Positions 37,995-47,968 of a DNA stretch of 64,000 bases are shown in pieces. The stretch is from positions 252,481 through 316,480 of the forward strand of contig OY282383.1 of the NCBI GenBank assembly GCA_958295855.1, in the 5' to 3' direction. A model generated the notes under the pieces. It was not told the origin of the DNA. It saw only the letters and a program-made list of their open reading frames with translations, and ran no database searches. A program made the translations under genes and the position numbers. How positions within the stretch are numbered: the first letter of the stretch is position 1; every line of letters begins with the position of its first letter. The stretch comes from an uncultured Poribacteria bacterium (lineage in GTDB: Bacteria; Poribacteria; WGA-4E; WGA-3G).

Positions 37995-38900
37995 CTATGC
38001 ACGCTTACTTTCTGATTTGCCAAATAGCCCGGACGGTCGAATAAGAATGACAAGAATCATGATAATATAGGCAATTGCTAACCGATAACCAGAGGAAATA
38101 TAGCCGGCACCGAGCACTTCGGCTAAACCGATTAAGATACCACCGAACATAGCCCCTGTAACATTTCCAATACCACCAAGAACAGCAGCGGCAAACGCCG
38201 CAACCCCCTTATAGTATCCCATCGTCGGTTCAATCACTTCGCGCAAGCCCACCATCACTCCAGCAACAGCACCTAAAGCAGAACCAATGGCAAAGGTTAT
38301 CGCAATCACTTGATTCGTCTTGATACCCATCAAATTCGCCGCAACCCGATTTTGGGCACAAGCTCGCATTGCTTTCCCAATCGTAGTCAAATAAATCAGC
38401 CGGTTTAAGGTAATCATTAAAACAACAGCGAGCAGAATGATAAACAGGTCGCGGTAAGGTAACGTAGCACCACCGGGGAGGGCTATCGCGTTTTCGCTCA
38501 AGAAAAAGGCGGGGAGAGATTCACTTGGAAATGAACGCTGCCTCGCTGACCATATCATCCGGGCGAGGTTTTGCAGTACAAGCGAGATGCCAATGGCTGT
38601 AATCAGGGCGGATAAACGAGGCGCGGCCCGAAGCGGACGGTACGCGATGAAGTCAATTAACATGCCGAGCATAGCACAGAGCAGCATACTGAGGGGTAAA
38701 GCCACCCAAAAAGGCAGATTAAAACCCGTCACAAGTACAAACGCAAAGTAGGCACCAAACATGAAAATCTCGCCATGTGCGAAGTTAATCAACTGGATAA
38801 TGCCGTAAACCATGGTGTAACCGACAGCAATAAGTGCGTAGATACCGCCGAGAACCAACCCGTTAATAATTTGCTCTAAAAATTGCGCCACTTTTGTCAT
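37995..38900 (-). CDS. livH: branched-chain amino acid ABC transporter permease
   Basis: MTKVAQFLEQIINGL..GGIYALIAVGYTMVYG... is the LivH signature. Confidence 0.8.
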   Translation of the reverse strand: MTKVAQFLEQIINGLVLGGIYALIAVGYTMVYGIIQLINFAHGEIFMFGAYFAFVLVTGFNLPFWVALPLSMLLCAMLGMLIDFIAYRPLRAAPRLSALITAIGISLVLQNLARMIWSARQRSFPSESLPAFFLSENAIALPGGATLPYRDLFIILLAVVLMITLNRLIYLTTIGKAMRACAQNRVAANLMGIKTNQVIAITFAIGSALGAVAGVMVGLREVIEPTMGYYKGVAAFAAAVLGGIGNVTGAMFGGILIGLAEVLGAGYISSGYRLAIAYIIMILVILIRPSGLFGKSESKRA

Positions 38901-39058
38901 TCCTTGCGGAGAATTGAGATGGCAAGACGCGTCTAAGAATGCACTGTAGCTCTCGTCGGAGGTTTTTGATGCAATCTTTTTTGCGGGGCTTTCTCCATCT
39001 AACGATTTGTCTCAGAGGAGAATTCATAATTAAAATCACAGATTTTTCATATAACTTC

Positions 39059-40249
39059 TTATTCGGGGCTAAGCATTTGCAAAGGCGCGGTCGTAAATGC
39101 ACCATTTTCAACGATCTTAACGTAGGCAGGTTTATTCACGGTGTCCCCATTTTTATCAAAATAGGTTAGCCCAGTAATCCCCTTGTATCCTTCGCCCGGC
39201 GTATCCAACGATGCCAAGTAATCGCGGATAGCTTTTCGATTCTCGCTGAAAGTAGCACTTTCATTGTAGGTATTTTCAATCGATTCAGCGATCATACCGA
39301 CAGCATCATACGAGAGTGCTGCCCAAGTATCCGGTGCGACACCGTAATCGGCTTTGAATGCCTCGGCGACTTTCCCCGCTTCTTCTCCGCCTGCACCGAA
39401 CAGAAAAGGGGTCGTTAGATACGTTCCCTCTGCGGCATCGCCTGCGATTGTGAGAAAATCAGGTGAGTCAATCCCATCTCCACCGAAAAACCGAGCGGTG
39501 ATACCCGCCTCACGCGCTTGTTTGGCAATCAGGCCCGCTTGTCCGTAGAGCCCAGAGATAAAGATACCATCTGGATTTTTTGCTTTAATGCTGGTGAGCT
39601 GTGCTTTAAAATCGGTATTATCCCGGTCGTACGCTTCTGAAGCAACAAGTGTCAGCCCAATTGCTTCCGCTTCGGCGGTGAATGCGTCTGCCAACCCTTT
39701 GCCGTAATCGTCGTTATCATAGAGAACGGCTACAGATTGTAATTCCTTCAAGACGTTCTTAATATATTTGGCGATAAATTTTCCCTGAAAATCGTCTCGA
39801 TACAAATTCCGGAATGCCCAGTCGCTGCCTTCACAGACACTTACATTTGTCGAACCGGGTGACAATGCAACGATGCCGGTACGTTGATAAATAGTTTTAC
39901 CAGCTAACGAACAGGTACTGTTAAAATGCCCGACAACTGCAAGGATTTGTCGGTTATTGGCGATGCGCGTTGCAACGTTAATCGCCTCCTTCCCTTTGCC
40001 GGTATCATCTTCAAAGATAAGCGTTAGTTTCATGCCGTTGATACCACCCGCAGCATTGATTTCTTTTGCTTTGAGCTCAGTACCGCGTTGGATCATTTCG
40101 CCAAACGCCGCGGCATTGCCTGTAAATGGACCGGCCACAGCGACTTTTAACTCTTTCTGCACTTCTCGTGTGTCTTGGCTTGCAGGTTGGCACCCGTATA
40201 AAGCTATAATGCCCGCCAGCAGAAACACCACGAGCCAATCATTTTTCAT
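39059..40249 (-). CDS. livK: branched-chain amino acid ABC transporter substrate-binding lipoprotein
   Basis: Lipobox ...LLAGIIALYGC and the Leu/Ile/Val-binding protein fold signature (KVAVAGPFTGNAAAFGEM..., IGHFNSTCS). Confidence 0.8.
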   Translation of the reverse strand: MKNDWLVVFLLAGIIALYGCQPASQDTREVQKELKVAVAGPFTGNAAAFGEMIQRGTELKAKEINAAGGINGMKLTLIFEDDTGKGKEAINVATRIANNRQILAVVGHFNSTCSLAGKTIYQRTGIVALSPGSTNVSVCEGSDWAFRNLYRDDFQGKFIAKYIKNVLKELQSVAVLYDNDDYGKGLADAFTAEAEAIGLTLVASEAYDRDNTDFKAQLTSIKAKNPDGIFISGLYGQAGLIAKQAREAGITARFFGGDGIDSPDFLTIAGDAAEGTYLTTPFLFGAGGEEAGKVAEAFKADYGVAPDTWAALSYDAVGMIAESIENTYNESATFSENRKAIRDYLASLDTPGEGYKGITGLTYFDKNGDTVNKPAYVKIVENGAFTTAPLQMLSPE

Positions 40250-40593
40250 TTTGTGTATCCTCCAATTGCATCACAAACCTCTTCTGAGCCAAGTTATATA
40301 GAAAAGTCCGTGTGTAAAGGTATATTACCCCTGCTTTGCAGGGGCTAATACCACTCCAGACCTAACTTGCAAGAGTTCATAATAAAAATCTGTGATCTTG
40401 ATTATGAAACTCTCCTTTTCCGCAAGGAACAACGAAAGATCGCTTGTTGTTGGGCCCACCCGGAGCCCTGGTCTTCCAAAGCAAAATGCAGCCCACAACA
40501 ACAAAATCTCGCGTCGCGCTACCTGCACCGTGCCACCATCTCCATAGTCTCTAATGTACAGGCAGGGCCATAGTGTTTGCCCAAGCAGTGAGT

Positions 40594-41373
40594 TTACTTT
40601 ACTGCACCGACTTGCCTAAAGTCAAATTTAAATTCCAACTTATCCTGCTTACCGTTTGAATGGACTCTCCGGATTTCAGGCACAATAATTCTGACATCCG
40701 TTGCGTCAACGTTAAGCCGATCGAAGATTAAGAGGCCCCTTCGTTTCGCACCGGGGAACAACTTGCCACCCTCAAAGATACTATCCTCTATGACGATGCG
40801 CCCCTCCTCCAAGGCCTCAACATCCAGGTACGTCTGGTAGGCGCGAGAGTAAGGATAATACCCACGATACGGTGAGTAGTCGTAAGGATAAGTTGTTGTG
40901 GCGAGATCAAGACGCTGCGGGAAATCTACGTTGTCATAGAGCCCCTCAAAGTAATCAGCGGATAGATTCGCGTATTGCACACCACTTCCATCCATTAACA
41001 CCGCTGTTTCATCGGCTAACACGCGTGGGTTATCCAGATTGTGGACTGTTATTTCAACAACTGTGTAGATAGGCTCTACAGCACCACCTCTTTCGACCGA
41101 GAGATAGGGGTTAATCCTCGGGTCATCGGTGAGCGCAAATATCTCCACTTCATCAAGCGGTTCAATGGTAACAGCAACCCCTTTTTGTTCGACAGTCATG
41201 GCACCTGTCTCAGTATCAACATGGGCGTTAAAGCGGCCTTCAATAGGTTCCATGTAGACTTCAACAGAAGGCTGCGGTTTCACTGCACACCCTGCCAGCA
41301 ACAGACCTACTAAGATGAGCATACCAAAGCATAAATACTTTGTTTGAGTGTCTGTGAAAATTTGAGACATCAT
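40594..41373 (-). CDS. lipoprotein, hypothetical
   Basis: MMSQIF...MLILVGLLLAGCAV lipobox. No recognisable domain. Confidence 0.45.
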   Translation of the reverse strand: MMSQIFTDTQTKYLCFGMLILVGLLLAGCAVKPQPSVEVYMEPIEGRFNAHVDTETGAMTVEQKGVAVTIEPLDEVEIFALTDDPRINPYLSVERGGAVEPIYTVVEITVHNLDNPRVLADETAVLMDGSGVQYANLSADYFEGLYDNVDFPQRLDLATTTYPYDYSPYRGYYPYSRAYQTYLDVEALEEGRIVIEDSIFEGGKLFPGAKRRGLLIFDRLNVDATDVRIIVPEIRRVHSNGKQDKLEFKFDFRQVGAVK

Positions 41374-41447
41374 GAACTTCGCCTCCTTTGTAACTGGATT
41401 TCCAATTTATATTTTACACAAAGACCAATATCATTGTCAAGCATTTT

Positions 41448-42683
41448 TTACGGGGCTGCATCAGTTTTTTCCAATTTTTGGTACTGCGCTGTCAAATTAA
41501 TAGCAATCACGTCCCACAAGCCTGCCATCACCATGGCGGTGATAGAGAACGCTGCCCCAGGAATCGTTTTCACAACGAGGCGTACCAGTTCAATGACACC
41601 AGCACTTCCACCCTTTGCAAAACGATATCCAAAAGAATCGATAATCTGTTTTGCGCGATACCGTTCGTCATAAGTGAGCGGCATATAGAACAACTCTTTC
41701 GCTGCCCGAAAAAATGAGTAATCAAGTGCTTTGAACAACATGTATGCCGTTGCCCCAGTGCGGAGCGACGGAGCAAGGGTGAGGACAAACCCACTGACCA
41801 CATGAACTACCGGAATGCCGATATGGATAATCCTGACCGAAAGAAATCGAAGCGCGAGCGGAACGGCCGCCAATTGTAAGACACAGGATATCCCGCCGAG
41901 CCAGGCATAGAAAGTGCCGTAAAATGCGGTTCTGTCGTCTTTGATCGGGCTTTCAATTTCGGCGAGCCCGTTGAAACGTAGGTCAAGGACGGTTGAGACA
42001 ATCTGGGTACTCAAGATAAGCAAGGCAATAAATACGAGATATCTGGAGCGGAAAAGCGTTTTTACGCCGAGGTGTCCAAGTTGTCCGCCTGCCTCTTCCA
42101 CAGCCGGTTTCGGTTCGCCCGCGAGTTTGTAAGCGATAGCACTGAAAATCGTTGTCGGTAGCAGAGAACCCGCTGTAAATAGCAGTAGCGTTTCAGAACC
42201 TAAAGGTGCTGCCCATCTGCTGACAAGTACACCGCCCACAACGGCGCCGAGTGAGGCAACTGCACAAAATGGCCCATTCACCTGTTTCGCCTGCGCAGGC
42301 GTGAGCGTGCTGTTGACGAACGCCCAGTACTGCTCAATGATAATCACAATGTATGCCTCGCGAAAGACGTAGATGATGGCCGAGGCGACATGCACACCGT
42401 GAGAGAGCGCGAGATAGCACCCCAGAATTAAAGCACCAGACAGGAGCGAGGTTATCGCCAGCGTGCGCGTCGCCCCCTGCCACGAAAGAAGGCGGCCGTA
42501 AACGTAAAGCAGCAGAATCAGGCTCGGCGGAACCGCTATCATTGCGCGCGGGAGGTTTTCCGCACCGTAACTCGCGATGAACAAGGAGGTAGAAACGGCA
42601 CGGATAAACTCGTAGCCGCACAAGAGAAAACTGCCAGCGGCAGAGATGGAAATGGCTGCGTACAGAATATGTCGAGGAAGCAT
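41448..42683 (-). CDS. polytopic membrane transporter (MFS-like; possible nucleotide-transporter/TLC-like family)
   Basis: ~12 predicted TM segments. The ...FKALDYSFFRAAKELFYMPL... segment is reminiscent of the ATP/ADP-translocase-like family. Family assignment is uncertain. Confidence 0.45.
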   Translation of the reverse strand: MLPRHILYAAISISAAGSFLLCGYEFIRAVSTSLFIASYGAENLPRAMIAVPPSLILLLYVYGRLLSWQGATRTLAITSLLSGALILGCYLALSHGVHVASAIIYVFREAYIVIIIEQYWAFVNSTLTPAQAKQVNGPFCAVASLGAVVGGVLVSRWAAPLGSETLLLFTAGSLLPTTIFSAIAYKLAGEPKPAVEEAGGQLGHLGVKTLFRSRYLVFIALLILSTQIVSTVLDLRFNGLAEIESPIKDDRTAFYGTFYAWLGGISCVLQLAAVPLALRFLSVRIIHIGIPVVHVVSGFVLTLAPSLRTGATAYMLFKALDYSFFRAAKELFYMPLTYDERYRAKQIIDSFGYRFAKGGSAGVIELVRLVVKTIPGAAFSITAMVMAGLWDVIAINLTAQYQKLEKTDAAP

Positions 42684-42883
42684 TTTTTTATCCTACAGAT
42701 GATGCGTGGTATTTGCCCCTGCTTTGCAGGGGTTATTACCTTACGGCTGGCAGCGCGCGGGGCAGTGCACTCTAGTTTGTGGGAGGGGTTTGTTCAGGTC
42801 ATAGCCCGCGCAAAGCGGGGGTATAACCTCTTCCCGACTGCATAGCACTGCGTTCCTCTGCTACAGTTGGCACAGCGTTGCTG

Positions 42884-43714
42884 TCAACGCTGCTCTGGTA
42901 TCCTATCCTCCGCCGGCCGCGGCGAGTGAATCCAATGCCCACTCGCATCACTACCTCTCGCAACAATAGCACGTTGGTTCCAACTGTTTGCAGACCGGAC
43001 ATCCGGCGGCACAAATCGCATTGTCAAACCACATCGCCGCCGGTCGGAGATGTTCGGTTCAGAACCGTGCAATAGCAAATCGGAATGCAGAGAGAGCTGC
43101 CCGGCTTTCATCTCAAATGCAACAGGTGCATCGCCATATTGCCCCGGTTGGGTAACTGTCTGGCTCAACACATTCTTCTCCTCAGCCGTGCTCCGTTCAA
43201 ACGCAATTTGCCCGTGTAGATGTGATTTGGGAATAACCGTCATCGCCCCATTTTCAACCGCAGCGTCGTCAATCGCGAGCCACACGGTGACGGTTTTGCT
43301 CGGCGATAGGGGCCAATAGGAGGCATCCTGATGCCAACTTACCTGCTGTTCCTCACCAGGAAGTTTGCAGAAGTAATGGGTTGCCCAGCAGATAAGCGTT
43401 TCGCCCAGCAGATCTTGCACGTAATCCAATATTCTGTCTTCATTAATGAGCTCATAGATGCCGGTGCAGTGCGTCTGCCATCCGTTAATGGAGTAACTAC
43501 TCCATCCTGCGGCCACCGCCTTTTTCATGAGCTGGTCGAAATAGGCGCGGTGTTCCGCTATTTCCGATTCGGAAAAGACATCTAACGGACAGATAAAACC
43601 CTTTTCATTGAAGTGTTGAATTTCAGCGCGCGTTAACGTTGATGGATTGTCGTTTTCAATAGGAAAAAATTGGAGTTTGCGATTTAGTTCTGGCATTGCA
43701 TCGATTATTGCCAT
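42884..43714 (-). CDS. phytanoyl-CoA dioxygenase (PhyH) family Fe(II)/2-oxoglutarate oxygenase
   Basis: WHQDASYW and ...VIPKSHLHG... form the HxD...H facial triad pattern. Confidence 0.75.
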   Translation of the reverse strand: MAIIDAMPELNRKLQFFPIENDNPSTLTRAEIQHFNEKGFICPLDVFSESEIAEHRAYFDQLMKKAVAAGWSSYSINGWQTHCTGIYELINEDRILDYVQDLLGETLICWATHYFCKLPGEEQQVSWHQDASYWPLSPSKTVTVWLAIDDAAVENGAMTVIPKSHLHGQIAFERSTAEEKNVLSQTVTQPGQYGDAPVAFEMKAGQLSLHSDLLLHGSEPNISDRRRCGLTMRFVPPDVRSANSWNQRAIVARGSDASGHWIHSPRPAEDRIPEQR

Positions 43715-43940
43715 CGAAAAACCTCCTGTGCTGTTTGAACACTGCTATAGTGGAACTAGACAAATTATACACATAAAAAAACCAAGGTCAAGCAAAATCT
43801 GATGCACGTCGCATCTGGGCGCAGTGGTATATTACCCCTGCAAAGCAGGGGAAACCGATACCATTACGCCGCAAAACTTCTGCAAATTTTCGGTTTTCTA
43901 GAAGAACGATTGTCTGGCTTAGCGGACAAAAGTCCAATAA

Positions 43941-45665
43941 CTATTCAGCAGATACGTTCTCAATGCCACTGCCTTCTTTAATTCGAAGAATCTGATTCGG
44001 TTTCAGATCGAAAAATTGCTCTGTGAGTCCACTCGGCCACTGGAGTTCAAGGACGTTAATTTGGGTGTATTTTCCGAGCCCAAAGTGAACGCGAAGCGCG
44101 TTTTGAGAAAGATAACTGGAGCCGCTATGAACCTCTTTGACAATCGAAAGTGTGCCATGCGGTGCAGCTTGCAAGCGCATGTTGCAAGCCACAGTGATCT
44201 TCGTGCCAAGGCCGGACGCATTGCTTTGCGTACCGATAGCGTGAATTGTCACCCAGTTGTTGCTGTTACCGCCATCGTTTCGGAGTAGCGTTGCAGGTTG
44301 ATTGGAGTGGTTGAGGAAAATATCAATATCCCCATCGTTATCGTAGTCGCCGAACGCAGCCCCGCGCCCAACTCTTTTGGGCAGTTGTGTCAATCCGACT
44401 TCAGCAGAGACATCGGCAAAGTGATGCCTGCCATCTCGGTGCGCGTTTCGGAAAAGCAGGTCAGCCTGTGCATAAGTAGCATCTGAAAAGCGCGCGATGT
44501 TTTCCTGAAGATGCCCGTTGGCAACGAAAATGTCAAGAAGCCCATCGTTGTTGTAATCTAAAAATTCTACTGCCCACTTAAAATAGGGAAGGGTTACAGC
44601 CCCAATCCCCGAAGCAAAGGAGACATCCGTAAAAAATTGCGTCTTTTCATTGTGATAGAGTAGTACAGGCAGAGAGGAGGCATTACTCACAATAAGATCT
44701 AGGTATCCATCGTTATCGTAATCACCGAACGCGCTTCCCATGCCGCTGCCAGGGATGCCGTTTTCATCGTAGCCGGTTCCAGTGAGGTCTGCAGCCTCGG
44801 TAAAAGTGCCATCACCGTTGTTTCGGTAAAGTAGGTCTGCCTCCATATCGTTCGCGATGTGTAGATCCGGGTAGCCATCATTATCGTAATCGCCGACTGC
44901 CACAGCAAGTCCGAGCGCGCGATGCGAAATCCCAGCTGCTTGGGTGATATCTGTGAAGGTACCGTCGCCGTTATTACGATAGAGAACATCTGGTTCGCTT
45001 ACAAAATGACTGCCGGCAATCCCATCCGTTGGACTACAATAGGTTCGGATGCCGCGTGTCTCCCACCATCGGTTTTCCGCAATAGAAAATTTCATATAGT
45101 TGACAACATAGAGGTCAACATCGCCATCTAAATCGTAATCCAGAAAAGCACAACTCGTTCCCCAGCGGCTATCGCCCACGCCAGCCTTCTGCGTGACATC
45201 GGTAAAAGTGCCATCACCGTTGTTCTGATAGAGCCTGTTGCTTCCATAATTTGTTACATAAATTTCGGGATAGCCATCGTTATTGACATCCGCGGCGGCA
45301 CACCCAACCCCGTATCCGGTATCCCCCACCCCTGCTTTGAGCGTAATGTCGGTAAAAGTGCCATTGCCGTTGTTCCGATAGAGTCTGTTTCGCGGGAGGT
45401 GTGTCTGAGCGGATTGCTCGCCGACTGGCGGCGGGATATGCGTAGCATTGACTATATAAAGGTCAAGGTAACCGTCAGCATCAAAGTCAAAAAAGAGTGC
45501 ACCGGAGCCAAGGGTTTCAATGAGAAACTTCTCACCGCTTCTACCGTCAACATGCCGGAACGCAATTCCCGCAGTCGCAGTAGCATCGACGAATTGAACT
45601 TCGGGATAGGCACGTGTGCTAATGGGAACCACCAAACACAGCAGGATACAGCAGATACATCTCAT
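43941..45665 (-). CDS. secreted FG-GAP/VCBS repeat protein with ASPIC/UnbV-like C-terminus (CRTAC1-like)
   Basis: Many DxDxDGxxDLYVxN / LYRNNGDGTFTD repeats and a signal peptide. Confidence 0.7.
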   Translation of the reverse strand: MRCICCILLCLVVPISTRAYPEVQFVDATATAGIAFRHVDGRSGEKFLIETLGSGALFFDFDADGYLDLYIVNATHIPPPVGEQSAQTHLPRNRLYRNNGNGTFTDITLKAGVGDTGYGVGCAAADVNNDGYPEIYVTNYGSNRLYQNNGDGTFTDVTQKAGVGDSRWGTSCAFLDYDLDGDVDLYVVNYMKFSIAENRWWETRGIRTYCSPTDGIAGSHFVSEPDVLYRNNGDGTFTDITQAAGISHRALGLAVAVGDYDNDGYPDLHIANDMEADLLYRNNGDGTFTEAADLTGTGYDENGIPGSGMGSAFGDYDNDGYLDLIVSNASSLPVLLYHNEKTQFFTDVSFASGIGAVTLPYFKWAVEFLDYNNDGLLDIFVANGHLQENIARFSDATYAQADLLFRNAHRDGRHHFADVSAEVGLTQLPKRVGRGAAFGDYDNDGDIDIFLNHSNQPATLLRNDGGNSNNWVTIHAIGTQSNASGLGTKITVACNMRLQAAPHGTLSIVKEVHSGSSYLSQNALRVHFGLGKYTQINVLELQWPSGLTEQFFDLKPNQILRIKEGSGIENVSAE

Positions 45666-46834
45666 TTTTTGTGGGAGGGGTAGGCATTTCCCGAAGGTTT
45701 AATTGCCTTTTCGAGGGCATGTTGTGCTTCACTGTCCAACCCGAGGTGGGTGTAAACTTGGGCAAGCGTATCCCAATAATTTGACTCAGTTGGGGCAAGG
45801 CGGACAGCGGTTTGTGCATGGAAGAGGGCTTTACCGAGGACTGCCTTCGATTCCATATAGCAGACTGCGATATTATTATGCGCGATGGCGAGTGTCACAT
45901 CGGCAGAAAGTGCCTGCTGATAAGCCGCGATGGCAAGTTTTAGGTTGCCCCGTTTATGGTGAGCATGCCCCAAATTGTAATGTGCAGTGGCCAAAGCCGG
46001 AGACAGAGAAATAGCGCGTTTATAGTTTTCAATCGCTTTCTCAAAGCGGCGGCGCGCTAAGTAAACGATGCCTAGGTTGTTATAGCCTTTTGCATCATCG
46101 GGATGCCTTTTCACCCACAACTGGGCTTTCTCAAGGAGCGGGTCGGTGTGGCGGAGCACTTTGAAGAACGCCATCGTCGATGCCGCTTTTTTCTTTTCTC
46201 CGCGTTTGATATATACCTGAGCGAGTTGATAATGCGCTGCTGTGTTATCCACCTGAATCTTAATGACGCTGTCAAAAGCAGCCATCGCAGCGTCCAAGTG
46301 CCCTTGTTTCGCATACACCTGACCTAGGCCAAAAATCGCACCGGTGTCGTTTGGATTGCGACGCACAGCAAATCTATAAGCTTGTTCTGCCTGCGCCAGA
46401 TCTCCCTGTTTCAGGTACACCTCGCCGAGGCCACTATAGGCATCTCCCCACTCCGCATCAACAGCGATAGCCCGTTTAAACGCCTCGGCAGCGAGCGGGA
46501 AAATGCCCTGCTTCAGGTAAACTAACCCGATATTATAGTGCGGCTCAGCTGTCATAGGCGACAATACGAGTGCCTGCCGATACGCGTCAAGTGCAGCACT
46601 GTATTGCTTCAGCTCAGCATAAGCAACACCGAGCCTGTTATAGATGACAGGGGAATTGGGATGAAGCGCGATGGCTTTTTTGTATTCGGAGATGGCGCGC
46701 TCGAATTCTCCAAGAGAGTGGTGAGTAGATGCATCTCTATAATGCTTTTCAGCAGGTGAAAAATTAGAGAAAGCGATGTTTCCAAAAGCACTAAAAAGGA
46801 TAAATAGGGTGAAATATTTGAACATACGCTTCAC
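45662..46834 (-). CDS. TPR-repeat protein, secreted
   Basis: Signal peptide plus ~9 tandem 34-aa TPR units (AxxxYxxALxxxP...). Confidence 0.7.
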   Translation of the reverse strand: MKRMFKYFTLFILFSAFGNIAFSNFSPAEKHYRDASTHHSLGEFERAISEYKKAIALHPNSPVIYNRLGVAYAELKQYSAALDAYRQALVLSPMTAEPHYNIGLVYLKQGIFPLAAEAFKRAIAVDAEWGDAYSGLGEVYLKQGDLAQAEQAYRFAVRRNPNDTGAIFGLGQVYAKQGHLDAAMAAFDSVIKIQVDNTAAHYQLAQVYIKRGEKKKAASTMAFFKVLRHTDPLLEKAQLWVKRHPDDAKGYNNLGIVYLARRRFEKAIENYKRAISLSPALATAHYNLGHAHHKRGNLKLAIAAYQQALSADVTLAIAHNNIAVCYMESKAVLGKALFHAQTAVRLAPTESNYWDTLAQVYTHLGLDSEAQHALEKAIKPSGNAYPSHKK

Positions 46835-46882
46835 CTCTGGTGTATAGGGGCAGCATCTGTACCGCCCCTACCCAGTGTAATT

Positions 46883-47719
46883 CTAATCGCGATGGGCTTT
46901 AAGACTAGCCCACGTCGTCGCGAGTTTCTCTGCGGGTTCCACCGGTAGAAAATCGCCATCTTTAATCTCGTTGATTTCCGCTTCAGTGATGATGCGGTTG
47001 AAGAGAAACACCTCGTCAATGATACCGGTGAAAAATTCTTCGCCGGGGTGGCGTGCACCAACCATAACGGAGCCATCAATCTCATCAACAGGTGGTGGCT
47101 TATCTCCGCCGCCCGCTTTCTTACCGTCGTTGTAGATAACAACCTCGGATTTGGTGTCATGCGTCACAGCAAGGTGCACCCAGTCATCGGGTTGAATGTC
47201 ATCGGTGATGGCTTTTTGTGCCCAAGCCCCGCCCGCTGTCGACCAGAAATAGGTTTTACTGTCGTTTGTTCTAAAAATCGACGCCCATTTCAAGCTGCCC
47301 GCTGTCACCATGTAATTCCATTCTCGAATTTGATCGTCGCCCCGTTTAACCCAAAAAGCGATCGAGAACTGTTCAGTTAACTGTAACGTATCGTTGATAG
47401 GCACCATCACATGCTGTTGCTTTGTTCCATCGAACTCCAAGGCCTTGCCGAACTGCCCATCTACCCATGTGGGGTTTTGGATGAGTTCCCCATCATGTCC
47501 ATGAACAGAGCTATCTTTAGCATCTCCCCCTTTTCCTTCATCAAAAGAGAGGTATAAAACGAGGGATTTGTCATCCAACCCTGCATATAACGGTGTAGTA
47601 AGGGTGAAGACCACGAATATTGTGACAAACACTCCTATAAATTGTCCTAATTTGCACACAGTGAATTCCTCCTTCTCATCAATTCGGTTTCTGCTCCGAT
47701 TTTTCCAGGTGGCAAGCAC
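46883..47719 (-). CDS. LamG/concanavalin-A-like lectin domain protein
   Basis: N-terminal TM/signal. ...LYLSFDEGKGGDAKDSSVHGHDGEL...GKALEFDG... resembles Laminin_G_3. Confidence 0.55.
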   Translation of the reverse strand: MLATWKNRSRNRIDEKEEFTVCKLGQFIGVFVTIFVVFTLTTPLYAGLDDKSLVLYLSFDEGKGGDAKDSSVHGHDGELIQNPTWVDGQFGKALEFDGTKQQHVMVPINDTLQLTEQFSIAFWVKRGDDQIREWNYMVTAGSLKWASIFRTNDSKTYFWSTAGGAWAQKAITDDIQPDDWVHLAVTHDTKSEVVIYNDGKKAGGGDKPPPVDEIDGSVMVGARHPGEEFFTGIIDEVFLFNRIITEAEINEIKDGDFLPVEPAEKLATTWASLKAHRD

Positions 47720-47968
47720 CTCCGCTTTGCGGGGGTATTATCCTTTGTGTCAAAATCGGGTTTCTTTTTAGTTGTAGAGTGTTCCCCGCTAATTAATGCA
47801 TCGAAAACCTCTGACGAGAGCTACAGTGCATTGTGAGACGTGTCTTGCCAATGGTATTTGCCCCTGCTTTGCAGGGGTTTCATACCAAGTTGTGAATGGC
47901 CAATGAACAACTTTTTTATTTCTTACATTTGCTGATTACTCCGCAAGGAATGACAAAAACACGAGAAA
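47685..47968. repeat. repeat/MITE block
   Basis: Family E partial, then a family B hairpin, then ...ctctgacgagagctacagtgcattgtgagacg...tatttgcccctgctttgcaggggtttcatacc...tccgcaaggaatgacaaaa. Confidence 0.8.
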
